Below, piece by piece: positions 50,833 through 60,133 of a DNA stretch of 64,000 bases. This DNA comes from an uncultured delta proteobacterium (GTDB lineage Bacteria; Myxococcota_A; Polyangia; Fen-1088). Where the stretch lies: the NCBI GenBank assembly GCA_963767925.1, contig CAVYGB010000008.1:1536001-1600000 (forward strand), in the 5' to 3' direction. The first letter of the stretch is position 1. The number at the start of each line of letters is the position of its first letter. The notes beneath the pieces were generated by a model, which worked only from the letters and a program-made list of their open reading frames with translations, had not been told where the DNA came from and did no database searches. The position numbers and the translations under genes were made by a program.

Positions 50833-51791
50833 GCCCCCTCCGCGGTCTCGGGGAAGGTCTCCTCGAACCAGGCGACCGTGCGCCGCAGCCCCTCGGGAAA
50901 GGAGGTCTTCGCCTCGAAGCCGAGCGCCTGTCGGGCGCGGCTCACGTCGAGCCGCCGGCGAGGCTGGCCGTTCGGGAGGCTGCTGTCCCACACGAAGCGC
51001 CCCTGGTAGCCGGCGGCGGCGGCCACCTGGGTGGCCAGGTCGCGGATGGCGATCTCCTCACCGCTGCCGAGGTTGAGCGGCTCGCTCGAGTCGTAGCGTT
51101 CGGCGGCCAGGATCAGGGCGGTGGCGGCGTCCGCCACGTAGAGGAACTCCCGGGTCGGCGAGCCGTCGCCCCACAGGCTGACCTCTCCCTGGCCCCGCCG
51201 GCGGGCGCTCACGAACTTGCGGATCATGGCCGGGATGACGTGGGAGGTGCGCAGGTCGAAGTTGTCGCGCGGTCCATAGAGATTGACCGGGAAGAGGACC
51301 ACGCTGTTGAAGCCATATTGGGCACGGTAGGCCTGGGACTGCACGAGGAGCAACTTCTTGGCGATGCCGTAGGGAGCGTTGGTCTCCTCCGGGTAGCCGT
51401 TCCACAGGTCCTCTTCCTTGAAGGGCACCGGGGCGTGTTTCGGATAGGCGCAGATGGTGCCCGCGACGACGACCTTGGCCACGCCCTGCAGCCGGGACTC
51501 CTCGATGAGCTGCAGGCCCATCATGGCGTTGTCGTACAGGAAGCGCCCGGGTTGGTCCTGGTTGGCGCCGATCCCGCCCACCCGCGCCGCGAGGTGGAAG
51601 ATCAGATCGGGCCGGGTCTGCTCGAGCAGGCGGCGGCAAGCTTGCCGATCGACGAGGTCGTGATCGCGGCTGCGCGGCACCTCGATGTCCCGCACGCCGC
51701 GATCGCGCAGGCCGTCGACCACGAAGCTGCCCAGGAAACCGGCTCCACCGGTCACCAGGATGCGCTTGCCGACGAGGGGCGATTGGCTCAT
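50829..51791 (-). CDS. fcl: GDP-L-fucose synthase
   Basis: '[11 protein letters not shown]', 'CAYPK', 'YGIAK', 'NLYGP.DNF...SHVIPA'. Confidence 0.92.
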   Translation of the reverse strand: MSQSPLVGKRILVTGGAGFLGSFVVDGLRDRGVRDIEVPRSRDHDLVDRQACRRLLEQTRPDLIFHLAARVGGIGANQDQPGRFLYDNAMMGLQLIEESRLQGVAKVVVAGTICAYPKHAPVPFKEEDLWNGYPEETNAPYGIAKKLLLVQSQAYRAQYGFNSVVLFPVNLYGPRDNFDLRTSHVIPAMIRKFVSARRRGQGEVSLWGDGSPTREFLYVADAATALILAAERYDSSEPLNLGSGEEIAIRDLATQVAAAAGYQGRFVWDSSLPNGQPRRRLDVSRARQALGFEAKTSFPEGLRRTVAWFEETFPETAEGA

Positions 51792-51858
51792 TGGGCGAGC
51801 TTTCCTACAACGGAGCGGGGCCGAGGCGCCAGCGTCTGATTGCCGGCGTCCCGCCCGG

Positions 51859-53112
51859 TCAGCGCCCCCGCTCGCGGGGTGAGGCCGGCAGGGGGGACTC
51901 CTTCAGGGCGTCGCGCAGGGTTCGCTTTCCCGCCGCCACCTCCTCGATAACCGCGTTCAGCTCTACGAGCGCCTGATCGGCCTGCTCCGACTGGCGTGGC
52001 AGGCCCCCCCGCTTGACGGTTCCCAGGTAGGTGGTCACGAGGAACACCCGCAGCACCTCCTTGCGCTCGGCCGGAAAGGCGTCGATGTAGGCCTCCAGCA
52101 GGTCGACGACGTCGCCCGGCGGGCGCCCGTGCAGCACCGCCCGGCCCCAGCCGGTGAACAGCTTGGCCTGAAAGTTCCGGATCGGCCCCAGCACGGCCGC
52201 CCCGCTGACGCCTGCCGGCAGGGGCCCGGACACGAACGGAAGATATGTCTCGGGCGAAGCCACCGCCTGCGCCACCGGACGAAGCTGGGCCATGCGGTAG
52301 ATGACGGTGGCGGCCACCCGCGGGTCTGACAGCAGCTCGGCCGGCGGGCGGAGGCGCTTTCCGTCCTCCGCCAGCGCCGCCCGGTTGTCGCGGATGGCGG
52401 CGAACAGGCTGCGCTGGGTCTCGCTCCCAGCGGTCGTGGGGACCGCGCCGCTCGGCCCGCGCCCCATCCGCCATTCCCGGGCGATGACCTCCATCGCCAT
52501 CCGGTAGGCCCCGGCCAGCGGTGTCTCCTGCGGGGCAGCCGCGCCGGACCCGCCGAGGATCCAGCTCAGGGCGTGGGCGGCCAGCCGCCCGGTGACCGTC
52601 TGCACGGCCGCCTTGTCCTCGACCAGATCTCCGGGTAACCCCAGCCAGGTGGTGCCCGGACGCTCGAGCGGAGCGCGCAGCCAGCGCGTCAGCGCGAGGC
52701 CCTTGCTGCGAGGCTCCGGGCTCTCCTGCCCCAGGACGAGACAGAGCGGCTCGAGGGCCTCCCGGCGCAGCCGATCGTCGTAGCGGCGTCCACCAGGCGC
52801 TCCGTTGCGCACGAGCTGCTTGGCGAGATGAACCGTGCGGATCATCTCTGCGGCAAAACCGTCGGCAAACAGCCGGGCCAGGAGCAGCCCGGGCGCCCCG
52901 TCGGGGTCGAGCGTCTCGACCAGAGGAAAGCCGCCCGGGGACGGCCCCGCCGGAGGGCCCACCGGGGCGTACAGCAGGTACGAATCGGCGGCGCCGAGGG
53001 GCGTCTCGCTGCCGCCACAGCCCGCAGCCGCCAGCAGGCTCAGCCCCAGTAGTCCCCCGATCCGGCCCCTCCCGGAGCGCCACGGCTCGAGCCGCGCCAT
53101 CATGCGCCTCAA
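51859..53112 (-). CDS. Hypothetical lipoprotein
   Basis: Lipobox 'AAGC'; long open frame. Confidence 0.6.
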   Translation of the reverse strand: MRRMMARLEPWRSGRGRIGGLLGLSLLAAAGCGGSETPLGAADSYLLYAPVGPPAGPSPGGFPLVETLDPDGAPGLLLARLFADGFAAEMIRTVHLAKQLVRNGAPGGRRYDDRLRREALEPLCLVLGQESPEPRSKGLALTRWLRAPLERPGTTWLGLPGDLVEDKAAVQTVTGRLAAHALSWILGGSGAAAPQETPLAGAYRMAMEVIAREWRMGRGPSGAVPTTAGSETQRSLFAAIRDNRAALAEDGKRLRPPAELLSDPRVAATVIYRMAQLRPVAQAVASPETYLPFVSGPLPAGVSGAAVLGPIRNFQAKLFTGWGRAVLHGRPPGDVVDLLEAYIDAFPAERKEVLRVFLVTTYLGTVKRGGLPRQSEQADQALVELNAVIEEVAAGKRTLRDALKESPLPASPRERGR

Positions 53113-53167
53113 TCTACCCTACCGCTGGCGCGGTCTCACGGATCCAGGGTAGAAAGCCAGGTTCAAC

Positions 53168-53241
53168 GGCCCCGTAGCTCAGATGGATAGAGCAACGGTT
53201 TCCTAAACCGTAGGCCGCCCGTTCGAATCGGGCCGGGGTCA
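53168..53241 (+). tRNA. tRNA-Arg(CCT)
   Basis: GGCCCCG acceptor stem, TAGCTCAG D-arm, anticodon arm ACGGT-TTCCTAA-ACCGT, GTTCGAATC T-loop; CCA not encoded. Confidence 0.95.
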
Positions 53242-54969
53242 CATCGAGGCCCAGCGCTCCACCTCGGCGCGCAGCAGGGCCAGGCTGACCGCCCCGTGGG
53301 CGAGGACAGCGTCGTGAAACGCGCGGATGTCGAAGCGGGCGCCCAGGCGCTGCTCGGCCTGCTGGCGCAGGGCGAAGATCTCCCGCTGGCCGAGCTTGTA
53401 AGCCAGGGCTTGCCCCGGCCAGGCGACGTAGCGATCGACCTCGTTCTCGATGTTGTTGCCGGCGAGGGCGGTGTTTTCGGTCAGGTAGGTGATGGCCTGC
53501 TGCCGGCTCCAGCCCTTGACGTGGATGCCGGTGTCGACGACCAGGCGGCTGGCCCGCCAGGCGTCGAAGCTGAGCATGCCCATGCGGTCGAGGTCCCCGG
53601 AATAGAGCCCCATCTCCGCCGCCAGGCGCTCGGTGTAGAGGGCCCAGCCCTCGACGTAGGCCGTGACGCCCAGGTGCTTGCGGAACTCGGGCAAGGCGCC
53701 TTGCTCCTGGGCCAGGGCGATCTGGGTGTGGTGGCCGGGGACCGACTCGTGAAAGGCGAGCACCTCGGCCTCGTAGCGCGGGCGGGTGGTCGGGGCGTAG
53801 GTGTTGACGTGGTAGGTGCCCGGCCGGGAGCCGTCGATGGCCGGCTGGCGGTAATAGGCGATCGTCGTGTCCCGCTCCTCGTAGGGCTCGACCCGCTTGA
53901 CCAGGCAGGGGGTCCGCGGCAGGCGACCGAACCAGGCGGGCGTGGCGGCCTCGGCGCGGGCCAGCGCCTCGCGGGCCTTGTTCTCCACCTCCTCCCGGGT
54001 CGTGAAGTAGAGGGCCGGATCGCTGCGCAGCCGTCCCTGGATGGCGCCCAGATCGGCCGTGCCGAACAGGCGTTTCCCGAGCGCCGTCATCTCCGCCCGG
54101 ATGCGGGCGTTCTCCTCGATGCCGATCGTGTGGATCTCGTCGGCGCCGAGGTCCAGGGAGGTGTGGACGCCGATGTAGCGCTGGTAGCAGATCCCGCCCT
54201 CGGGGATGTGCAGCAGGCCGACCTGCTCGTCGCCCCGGGCTCGGGGGAGGAGCTCGTCGCGCAGGAGCGCGCGGTAGCGCTCGAACGCGGGGCGGATGCC
54301 CGCCTCGACGGCACCTTCCACCGCGTCGGCGAGGGCCCGACGCTCCGGTTCGCTCCAGTCGGGATGGGGCGCCCGGGCGGGCTCGCTCAGGACCCAGGAG
54401 GCGCTGGGCTGGCCCAGCAGCTCGTCGAGCTGCCGCAGCACCCGCCCGACCGCCTCCCGGGTGGCGATCCGTCCCTCCCCCGCCGCCCGCCGCAGGTTCG
54501 CCAGGCGGCCGTCGAGGTAAGGTCCCATCTTCTGCCAGCGGGCCGCCAGCGCTCGACCCTCGCCGGGCGTCTTGATCGCCTGCAGGTGGGCCAGGTTCAG
54601 GAACATCACCTGGGGACCCTCGAGGGGGTCGACCGCCCACTCGGCAAAGGCGCAGCGGCGCACCGCGATCTCGTTGTCGATCTCCCCGCGCAGGGCGCCC
54701 TGGGTGACCCGGTCGACGTCGCCCAGGGCGGTGGCGTCCAGCGCGCCCACCCGCGTGGCCAGGTCGCTCAGGTGTCCCAGCTCGCGCTGGTTGGCCTCGG
54801 GAGCGGGATCGGGGAGCTGGTCGTCGTACCGGCGATCGCCGAGCAGGGTGGCCTCGATCGGGTCGGCGGCCAGGCGCCGCTGCCAATATTCGTCGGCCAG
54901 GCCAGCCAGCGCCGTGGCGGCCGCGCGTCGCCTCTCCTCTTGGTCAGGCATGGTGGTCGCGCGCTCCAT
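53239..54969 (-). CDS. DUF885 family protein
   Basis: 'HESVPGHHTQ', 'YVEGWALYTE', 'RLVVDTGIH', 'EVDRY..WPGQALAYKLG'. Confidence 0.92.
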   Translation of the reverse strand: MERATTMPDQEERRRAAATALAGLADEYWQRRLAADPIEATLLGDRRYDDQLPDPAPEANQRELGHLSDLATRVGALDATALGDVDRVTQGALRGEIDNEIAVRRCAFAEWAVDPLEGPQVMFLNLAHLQAIKTPGEGRALAARWQKMGPYLDGRLANLRRAAGEGRIATREAVGRVLRQLDELLGQPSASWVLSEPARAPHPDWSEPERRALADAVEGAVEAGIRPAFERYRALLRDELLPRARGDEQVGLLHIPEGGICYQRYIGVHTSLDLGADEIHTIGIEENARIRAEMTALGKRLFGTADLGAIQGRLRSDPALYFTTREEVENKAREALARAEAATPAWFGRLPRTPCLVKRVEPYEERDTTIAYYRQPAIDGSRPGTYHVNTYAPTTRPRYEAEVLAFHESVPGHHTQIALAQEQGALPEFRKHLGVTAYVEGWALYTERLAAEMGLYSGDLDRMGMLSFDAWRASRLVVDTGIHVKGWSRQQAITYLTENTALAGNNIENEVDRYVAWPGQALAYKLGQREIFALRQQAEQRLGARFDIRAFHDAVLAHGAVSLALLRAEVERWASM

Positions 54970-54970
54970 C

Positions 54971-55612
54971 TTACACCGCGCCCGGGCGGCCGCTCTTCCG
55001 CCAGTGAACCACCCGGATGGCCAGCAGCAGGGCGAGCACGCCGGCGAAGATCAGCGGCTCGAGCAGGTCGACCTTGACGCGCCAGATGAAGTGAATCACC
55101 CCGGCCGCCGCTGCCAGGTACACGAGCCGGTGCAGCCGCTTCCAGCGGGGGAAGCCCAGCCGCTTGACCATCCGGTTCGTCGACGTGAGGGCCAGCGGCA
55201 GCAGCAGCAAGAAGGCCAGGACCCCCACCGTGATGAACTTGCGCTTGGCGATGTCCTCCCAGATGGCCCCCCAGTCGAAGAACTGGTCGAGGACGAGATA
55301 GACCGAGAGGTGCAGGCCGGCGTAGCCGAAGGAGAACAGCCCCAGCATGCGCCGGAGCGCGAGCGGCCAGCTCCAGCCGGTTAGGATCTTGATCGGCGTG
55401 CAGGCCAGCGAGGTCAGGAGCAAGACCAGCGTCCAGAAGCCCAGCCGGTTCATCACCTCGGCGATGGGGTTGGCCCCCAGGCGATCGGTCAGGAGCCGGA
55501 CCAGCAGGGCGGCGGCGGGCAGGGTCGCCAGGGTGGCCACCGCGACCTTGAGCAGGGTCCGGCGGAGCTTGCTGGCCCGGGATCGACCCTCGACCTTCCG
55601 CGGCTCACTCAC
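54971..55612 (-). CDS. msrQ: Methionine sulfoxide reductase heme-binding subunit
   Basis: 'LGANP', 'RRMLGLF', 'LALTS', 'WKRLHRLVY...HFIW'. Confidence 0.9.
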   Translation of the reverse strand: MSEPRKVEGRSRASKLRRTLLKVAVATLATLPAAALLVRLLTDRLGANPIAEVMNRLGFWTLVLLLTSLACTPIKILTGWSWPLALRRMLGLFSFGYAGLHLSVYLVLDQFFDWGAIWEDIAKRKFITVGVLAFLLLLPLALTSTNRMVKRLGFPRWKRLHRLVYLAAAAGVIHFIWRVKVDLLEPLIFAGVLALLLAIRVVHWRKSGRPGAV

Positions 55613-55635
55613 GGGTGGATCCGTCCCCGCTCGCC

Positions 55636-56610
55636 TCAGAAGTGCTTCCGCAGGTCGAGGCCCCGGTACAGCGAGGCCACCTCGGCTCCGTAGCCGTTGA
55701 AGGGCAGCGTCTTGCGCTTGAGGAACTCGCCGATGCGCCGTTCGCGAGCCTGGCTCCAGCGCGGGTGGTCCACCTCGGGGTTCACGTTGGCGTAAAAGCC
55801 ATATTCCTGGGGCGCGCTGAGGTTCCAGGAGGTGGGGGGCTCCCGCTCGCTGAGGCGGATGTTCACGATCGACTTGATCCCCTTGAACCCGTATTTCCAG
55901 GGGACGACCAGGCGAATCGGCGCCCCGTTCTGGCCGGGCAGGACCCGGCCATAGATCCCGACTGCCAGCAACGTCAGCGGGTGCATCGCCTCGTCCAGGC
56001 GCAGCCCCTCGACGTAGGGCCACTCGAGGATCTGACGCCGCTGCCCGGGCATCTGCTCGGGCGCGTGCAAGGTCTTGAGCTCGACGTATTTTGCCCGGGA
56101 GGTCGGCTCGAGGAGCTTGATGAGCGACGCCAGGGGGAAGCCGACCCAGGGGATCACCATCGACCATGCCTCGACGCAGCGGAAGCGGTAGACCCGCTCC
56201 TCGAGGGGGAACATCTTCAGGAGCTTGTCGATCTCGAAGGTCCGCGCCTTGGCCACCTCGCCGTCGCAGGTGATGGTCCAGGGCCGCGTCTTCAGGGTGT
56301 GGGCGTGTTCGGCCGGGTCGGACTTCGAGGTGCCGAACTCGTAGAAGTTGTTGTAGCTCGCGACGTCCTTGAAGGGCGTCTTGCTCTCGTCGACGGCGTG
56401 GGCGCTCTTCTTGACGTCGGGCAGGGCCGCGAACTGGCTCTCCTGCACCGTCGCCGCCCGCGCCTGGCCACCGAAGGCCGGGCCCAGCGCCGCCAGCCCC
56501 GCGCCCAGGCTGGCGCCACCGCGCAGGAAGTCCCTCCGGTTGTGGTACAGGCGCTCGGGGGTGACTTCGTGCCCGAGGATGGCTTTACCCAGTTGCTCGT
56601 CGTGCGCCAT
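55636..56610 (-). CDS. msrP: Methionine sulfoxide reductase catalytic subunit (Mo)
   Basis: Tat 'RRDFL', 'YNNFYEFG', 'RCVEAWS', '[17 protein letters not shown]'. Confidence 0.95.
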   Translation of the reverse strand: MAHDEQLGKAILGHEVTPERLYHNRRDFLRGGASLGAGLAALGPAFGGQARAATVQESQFAALPDVKKSAHAVDESKTPFKDVASYNNFYEFGTSKSDPAEHAHTLKTRPWTITCDGEVAKARTFEIDKLLKMFPLEERVYRFRCVEAWSMVIPWVGFPLASLIKLLEPTSRAKYVELKTLHAPEQMPGQRRQILEWPYVEGLRLDEAMHPLTLLAVGIYGRVLPGQNGAPIRLVVPWKYGFKGIKSIVNIRLSEREPPTSWNLSAPQEYGFYANVNPEVDHPRWSQARERRIGEFLKRKTLPFNGYGAEVASLYRGLDLRKHF

Positions 56611-56629
56611 GTGTATAGGACTTTCTGCC

Positions 56630-57142
56630 ATGGAGCCGGCCAGCTTGCCGACGATTCTGGAGATCAAACGGACCCTCGGCGGCGCGCGCAAGGAATTTCG
56701 CTGCCGCCTGGTGGAGCGTCAGTCCGACCGCGCCATCGTGCTCTTCGTCGCCGACCGGGCCTACCAGGTGCCGGGGCTCGCCTTGCCCCCGGGCACCGTC
56801 ACCCTCGGCCATTTCTGGCCGGGCCGGCCTTACAACGTCTACCACTGGATGCAGCCCTCGGGGACCACCCTGGCCCACTACTTCAACCTCGCCACCGACA
56901 CGTCGATCGACGCCGAGACCATCCGCTGGACCGACCTGACCCTCGACGTGCTGGTGCAACCGGGGACACCGCCGGTGGTCCTCGACGAGGACGAGCTGCC
57001 GGCCGACCTGGACCCGGACACGCGTTCCCGGATCGACGCCGCCCGCAGCGCCGTCCTGGAGCAGCAAGGGGCGGTGGTGGCGAACCTGGAGGAACAGGCC
57101 GGCGCGATCTGGCCGCGGCTCTTCGGAGTCAGCCGGCTGTGA
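56630..57142 (+). CDS. DUF402-like protein
   Basis: 'YNVYHW', 'YFNLA', 'DLTLDVLV', 'VLDEDEL'. Confidence 0.7.
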   Translation: MEPASLPTILEIKRTLGGARKEFRCRLVERQSDRAIVLFVADRAYQVPGLALPPGTVTLGHFWPGRPYNVYHWMQPSGTTLAHYFNLATDTSIDAETIRWTDLTLDVLVQPGTPPVVLDEDELPADLDPDTRSRIDAARSAVLEQQGAVVANLEEQAGAIWPRLFGVSRL

Positions 57143-57618
57143 TCACCCTGGTGCAGCGGGTGACCCGGGCCGAGGTGCAGGTCGGCGGAGAAGTGGTCGG
57201 CCAGATCGGCGCCGGGCTGTTGCTGTTCGTTGGCGTGGAGCGCGGCGACAGCGAGCGGGACGCCGACGCGACCGCCCGCAAGGTGGCGGCCCTGCGCATC
57301 TTCGCCGGCAAACATCCCATGGACCTCTCGGTGCGGGACGTGGGCGGCGCCTGCCTGGTGGTCAGCCAGTTCACGCTGGCTGGCTCCCTCCGCAAGGGCA
57401 ACCGGCCCGGCTTCGAAGGCGCGGAGGCGCCCGAGAGCGCGCGCGCCCTCTACGAGCGGGTCGTCGAGAAGCTGGCCGGCGAGGGGTTGCCGGTGGCGAC
57501 CGGCCGCTTCGCGGCGGACATGCAGGTCTCGCTGACCAACGACGGCCCGGTCACGTTCGTCGTGGTGGTGCGCGACGGCGCGGTCAGGGACTTGACTCCA
57601 GGAACCGCAGGGGGTTGA
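57139..57618 (+). CDS. dtd: D-aminoacyl-tRNA deacylase
   Basis: 'QRV', 'VSQFTL', 'GNRP', 'NDGPVT'. Confidence 0.93.
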   Translation: MITLVQRVTRAEVQVGGEVVGQIGAGLLLFVGVERGDSERDADATARKVAALRIFAGKHPMDLSVRDVGGACLVVSQFTLAGSLRKGNRPGFEGAEAPESARALYERVVEKLAGEGLPVATGRFAADMQVSLTNDGPVTFVVVVRDGAVRDLTPGTAGG

Positions 57619-58345
57619 GGGGCACGTGGCCCCGCCGCACCTCGAAGTGCAGGTGGGGACCGGTAGCGCGCCCGCTCTGACCGACGCGGGCGATGGTCTG
57701 CCCGGCCCTCACCCGGTCACCCACCTGGACCAGGAGCACGGAGTTGTGGGCGTAGGCCGTCAGCAGGTCGTTCGCGTGCTGCAAGACGACCATGTTGCCG
57801 TAGCCCTGCAAGGTGTTGCCGGCGTAGAGCACCCGCCCCTCGCGGGCGGCCAGCACCGGCGTCCCGCTCGGTGCCGCCAGGTCGATCCCCTCGTGCTTGC
57901 GGCCCCAGCGCCGGCCGAAGGCGGAGGTGATGCGTCCCTCGGGGAGGGGCCAGCGCAGCTCCTCCTTCGCGGGCGTCGCCGCCGGGCTCTCCCTGACGAT
58001 CGCCACCGGGGCCGGCGGGCTCCCGGTCGGATCGCCGGCGGTCGGAAGGGCGGCCAGCGCCCCGAGATCGGAGGCCAGCACGAAGATCACCTGGCCCGAG
58101 CTGAGGGGCGCATCCGGGGCCAGTCCGTTGATCTCGGCGAGATCCTCGAGCGGCACCCGCTGCGAGCGGGCCAGCGCGTCGAGCGTGTCTCCCTCCCGCA
58201 CGACGTAGAAGGACCCCTCCGGGACGGTCGGATGCATGGGGGGCGGGGGGGCATGGCCGCAGGCCCCCTGGGCGACGGCCAGCGCCAGCAAGGTCGGCCC
58301 CAGGAGCCCGAGGGGAGCTCGGCCCGGCCGCGCCCGCGGAGCCAC
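57584..58345 (-). CDS. nlpD: LysM plus M23 peptidase lipoprotein (NlpD-like)
   Basis: LysM 'YVVREGDTL'; M23 'HEGID', 'YAH', 'HLHFEVR'; follows surE. Confidence 0.8.
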   Translation of the reverse strand: MAPRARPGRAPLGLLGPTLLALAVAQGACGHAPPPPMHPTVPEGSFYVVREGDTLDALARSQRVPLEDLAEINGLAPDAPLSSGQVIFVLASDLGALAALPTAGDPTGSPPAPVAIVRESPAATPAKEELRWPLPEGRITSAFGRRWGRKHEGIDLAAPSGTPVLAAREGRVLYAGNTLQGYGNMVVLQHANDLLTAYAHNSVLLVQVGDRVRAGQTIARVGQSGRATGPHLHFEVRRGHVPLNPLRFLESSP

Positions 58346-58347
58346 CT

Positions 58348-59175
58348 TCAGCCCGCCTCCTCCGGCCCGGGCTCGGCGCCCACCTCCCGGGCGGCCTCGC
58401 CCGCGTGGGGCTCGAAGCCCGGCACCTGCCAGCCGGTGAGCTCGGCGATGAGCTGGCGGCTCGTCAGATCGAGCCCCAGGGGCGTGACCGAGATCCGGGC
58501 GGCGCGCACGGCGTTGGTGTCCGAGCCGGCGAGGTCCTCCACCTCGGCCTCCGGCCCGCCGATCCAGTAGTAGGCCCGTCCGCGCAGGTCTTGCCTCACG
58601 TCCACCAGATCACGGTAGACGCGCCGGCCGAGGAAAGTAATCTCGTAGTCGGTGATCGGGGCCGCAGGGACGTTCACGTTGAGGAGGGCTCCCGGCGGGA
58701 TCGCCCCAGGGCCGCGCGCGAGGACCTCCCCCACCAGCGCCCGCACGAAGGCCGCCGCGGGGGCAAAGTCTGACTGGCGGCGTCGTTCCAGGGAAAACGC
58801 GACGCCGGGCACGCCCCGCAGGGCGCCCTCGACCGCGGCCGCGACGGTGCCCGAATAGAACACGTCGGATCCGAGGTTGTAGCCGTGGTTGATCCCCGAC
58901 ACGACCAGGTCGGGCCGGCGCGGCACCAGGTGAAGCAACGCGAGGTAGACGCAGTCGACCGGCGTGCCATCGATCGAGAAGACGCCCGGGCGAATCTCGT
59001 CGGCCCGCAGCGGACGGTCGAGGCTGATCGAGTGAGAGGTCGCGCTTCGCTCGCGATCGGGCGCCGCCACGATGAGCTCGCCGAGGGGCCGCAAGGCCTC
59101 CTCGGCGGCCGCGATGCCAGGCGCGTGCACCCCGTCGTCGTTCGAGATCAGGATGAGTGGCCGGCGCGTTTCCAT
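58348..59175 (-). CDS. surE: 5'/3'-nucleotidase SurE
   Basis: 'SNDDG', 'DGTPVDCV', 'SGINHG.NLG..V.YSGTV'. Confidence 0.95.
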   Translation of the reverse strand: METRRPLILISNDDGVHAPGIAAAEEALRPLGELIVAAPDRERSATSHSISLDRPLRADEIRPGVFSIDGTPVDCVYLALLHLVPRRPDLVVSGINHGYNLGSDVFYSGTVAAAVEGALRGVPGVAFSLERRRQSDFAPAAAFVRALVGEVLARGPGAIPPGALLNVNVPAAPITDYEITFLGRRVYRDLVDVRQDLRGRAYYWIGGPEAEVEDLAGSDTNAVRAARISVTPLGLDLTSRQLIAELTGWQVPGFEPHAGEAAREVGAEPGPEEAG

Positions 59176-59214
59176 GGAAAGGGCCCGAGAACCCCCTCGG
59201 GTTCCCTCGAAATT

Positions 59215-59291
<77 letters not shown>

Positions 59292-59310
59292 ATTTATGTG
59301 AGAGCAGGCT

Positions 59311-59339
59311 TTGTTATTTCAGTTTGGCGTCGAGTTCAA
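59311..59339 (-). promoter_or_regulatory. Putative sigma70 promoter of tRNA-Pro
   Basis: TTGAAC-17 bp-TAACAA on the minus strand in an AT-rich patch about 20 bp upstream of the tRNA. Confidence 0.45.
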
Positions 59340-59363
59340 ACTCTTTCTGTCAGTCGACGCGGA

Positions 59364-59741
59364 TCATTCCTGGACGAGGCGGAGCAGGTCGACGATGCCC
59401 TGCTTGAGCTTGCGCAATGTCTCCCGGTCGACGACGCGCGCGGGCTGCGGCGCCGCCGGCTCGTCCCGCCCTTGCTCACGCAGCCAGGCGCGCGCGCCGG
59501 CGATGGTGTAGCGCTGCTCGTAGAGCAGGTGGCGGATCTGCAGCAGCAGGTCGATGTCCTTGCGCCGGTAGAGCCGCTGCTGGGAGGGCGTCTTCTGGGG
59601 GCGCAGGGAGCGGAACTCGGTCTCCCAGTAGCGGAGCACGTACGGCTGGACGCCACAGATGCGAGCGGCCTCGCCGATCTTGAAATACGGCTTCTCGGGA
59701 ATTCCCTGGTCGTTGACAGGTACGGAGACGCGTCGTGGCAA
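59364..59741 (-). CDS. MerR-family transcriptional regulator
   Basis: 'YFKIGE', 'VLRYWETEF', 'RLYRRKD', 'YTIAGA'; usual position after ihfA. Confidence 0.92.
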   Translation of the reverse strand: MPRRVSVPVNDQGIPEKPYFKIGEAARICGVQPYVLRYWETEFRSLRPQKTPSQQRLYRRKDIDLLLQIRHLLYEQRYTIAGARAWLREQGRDEPAAPQPARVVDRETLRKLKQGIVDLLRLVQE

Positions 59742-59759
59742 TGGGCCCCGGCTGGCGGC

Positions 59760-60038
59760 TTAGGTATTCAGAGCGTTCTTGAGAACCTGGCTCGGCTTGA
59801 AGGTGAGGACGCGCCGCGCGCTGATGGTGATCTCCTGGCCGGTCTGCGGGTTGCGGCCGGCGCGCGCGTTCTTGTCCCGCACAACGAAGTTGCCGAAGCC
59901 GGAAATCTTAATCTTTTCGCCCTTTTCCAGGGTCTCTTTGATCGTATCGAACACAGTCTCGACGATCTCGGCCGCTTCCTTCTTCGAGAACCCGCCCACC
60001 TTCTCATACACCGTCTCCACTATGTCGGCCTTCGTCAT
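59760..60038 (-). CDS. ihfA: Integration host factor subunit alpha
   Basis: 'MTKADIV', 'KISGFGNF', 'GRNPQTG', 'RRVLTFKPS'; follows pheT. Confidence 0.93.
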   Translation of the reverse strand: MTKADIVETVYEKVGGFSKKEAAEIVETVFDTIKETLEKGEKIKISGFGNFVVRDKNARAGRNPQTGQEITISARRVLTFKPSQVLKNALNT

Positions 60039-60067
60039 GATCCACCTATACGCAAGAACCCCATAGA

Positions 60068-60080
60068 AGTCAAAGGGTTA
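60068..60080 (+). promoter_or_regulatory. Possible IHF-binding site upstream of ihfA
   Basis: AGTCAAAGGGTTA has one mismatch to WATCAANNNNTTR. Confidence 0.35.
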
Positions 60081-60133
60081 CCTGATCTCAGGTGTGGGCC
60101 ACGGGGAGGCCGCGTGGCAGGTTCAGCGGGGGT

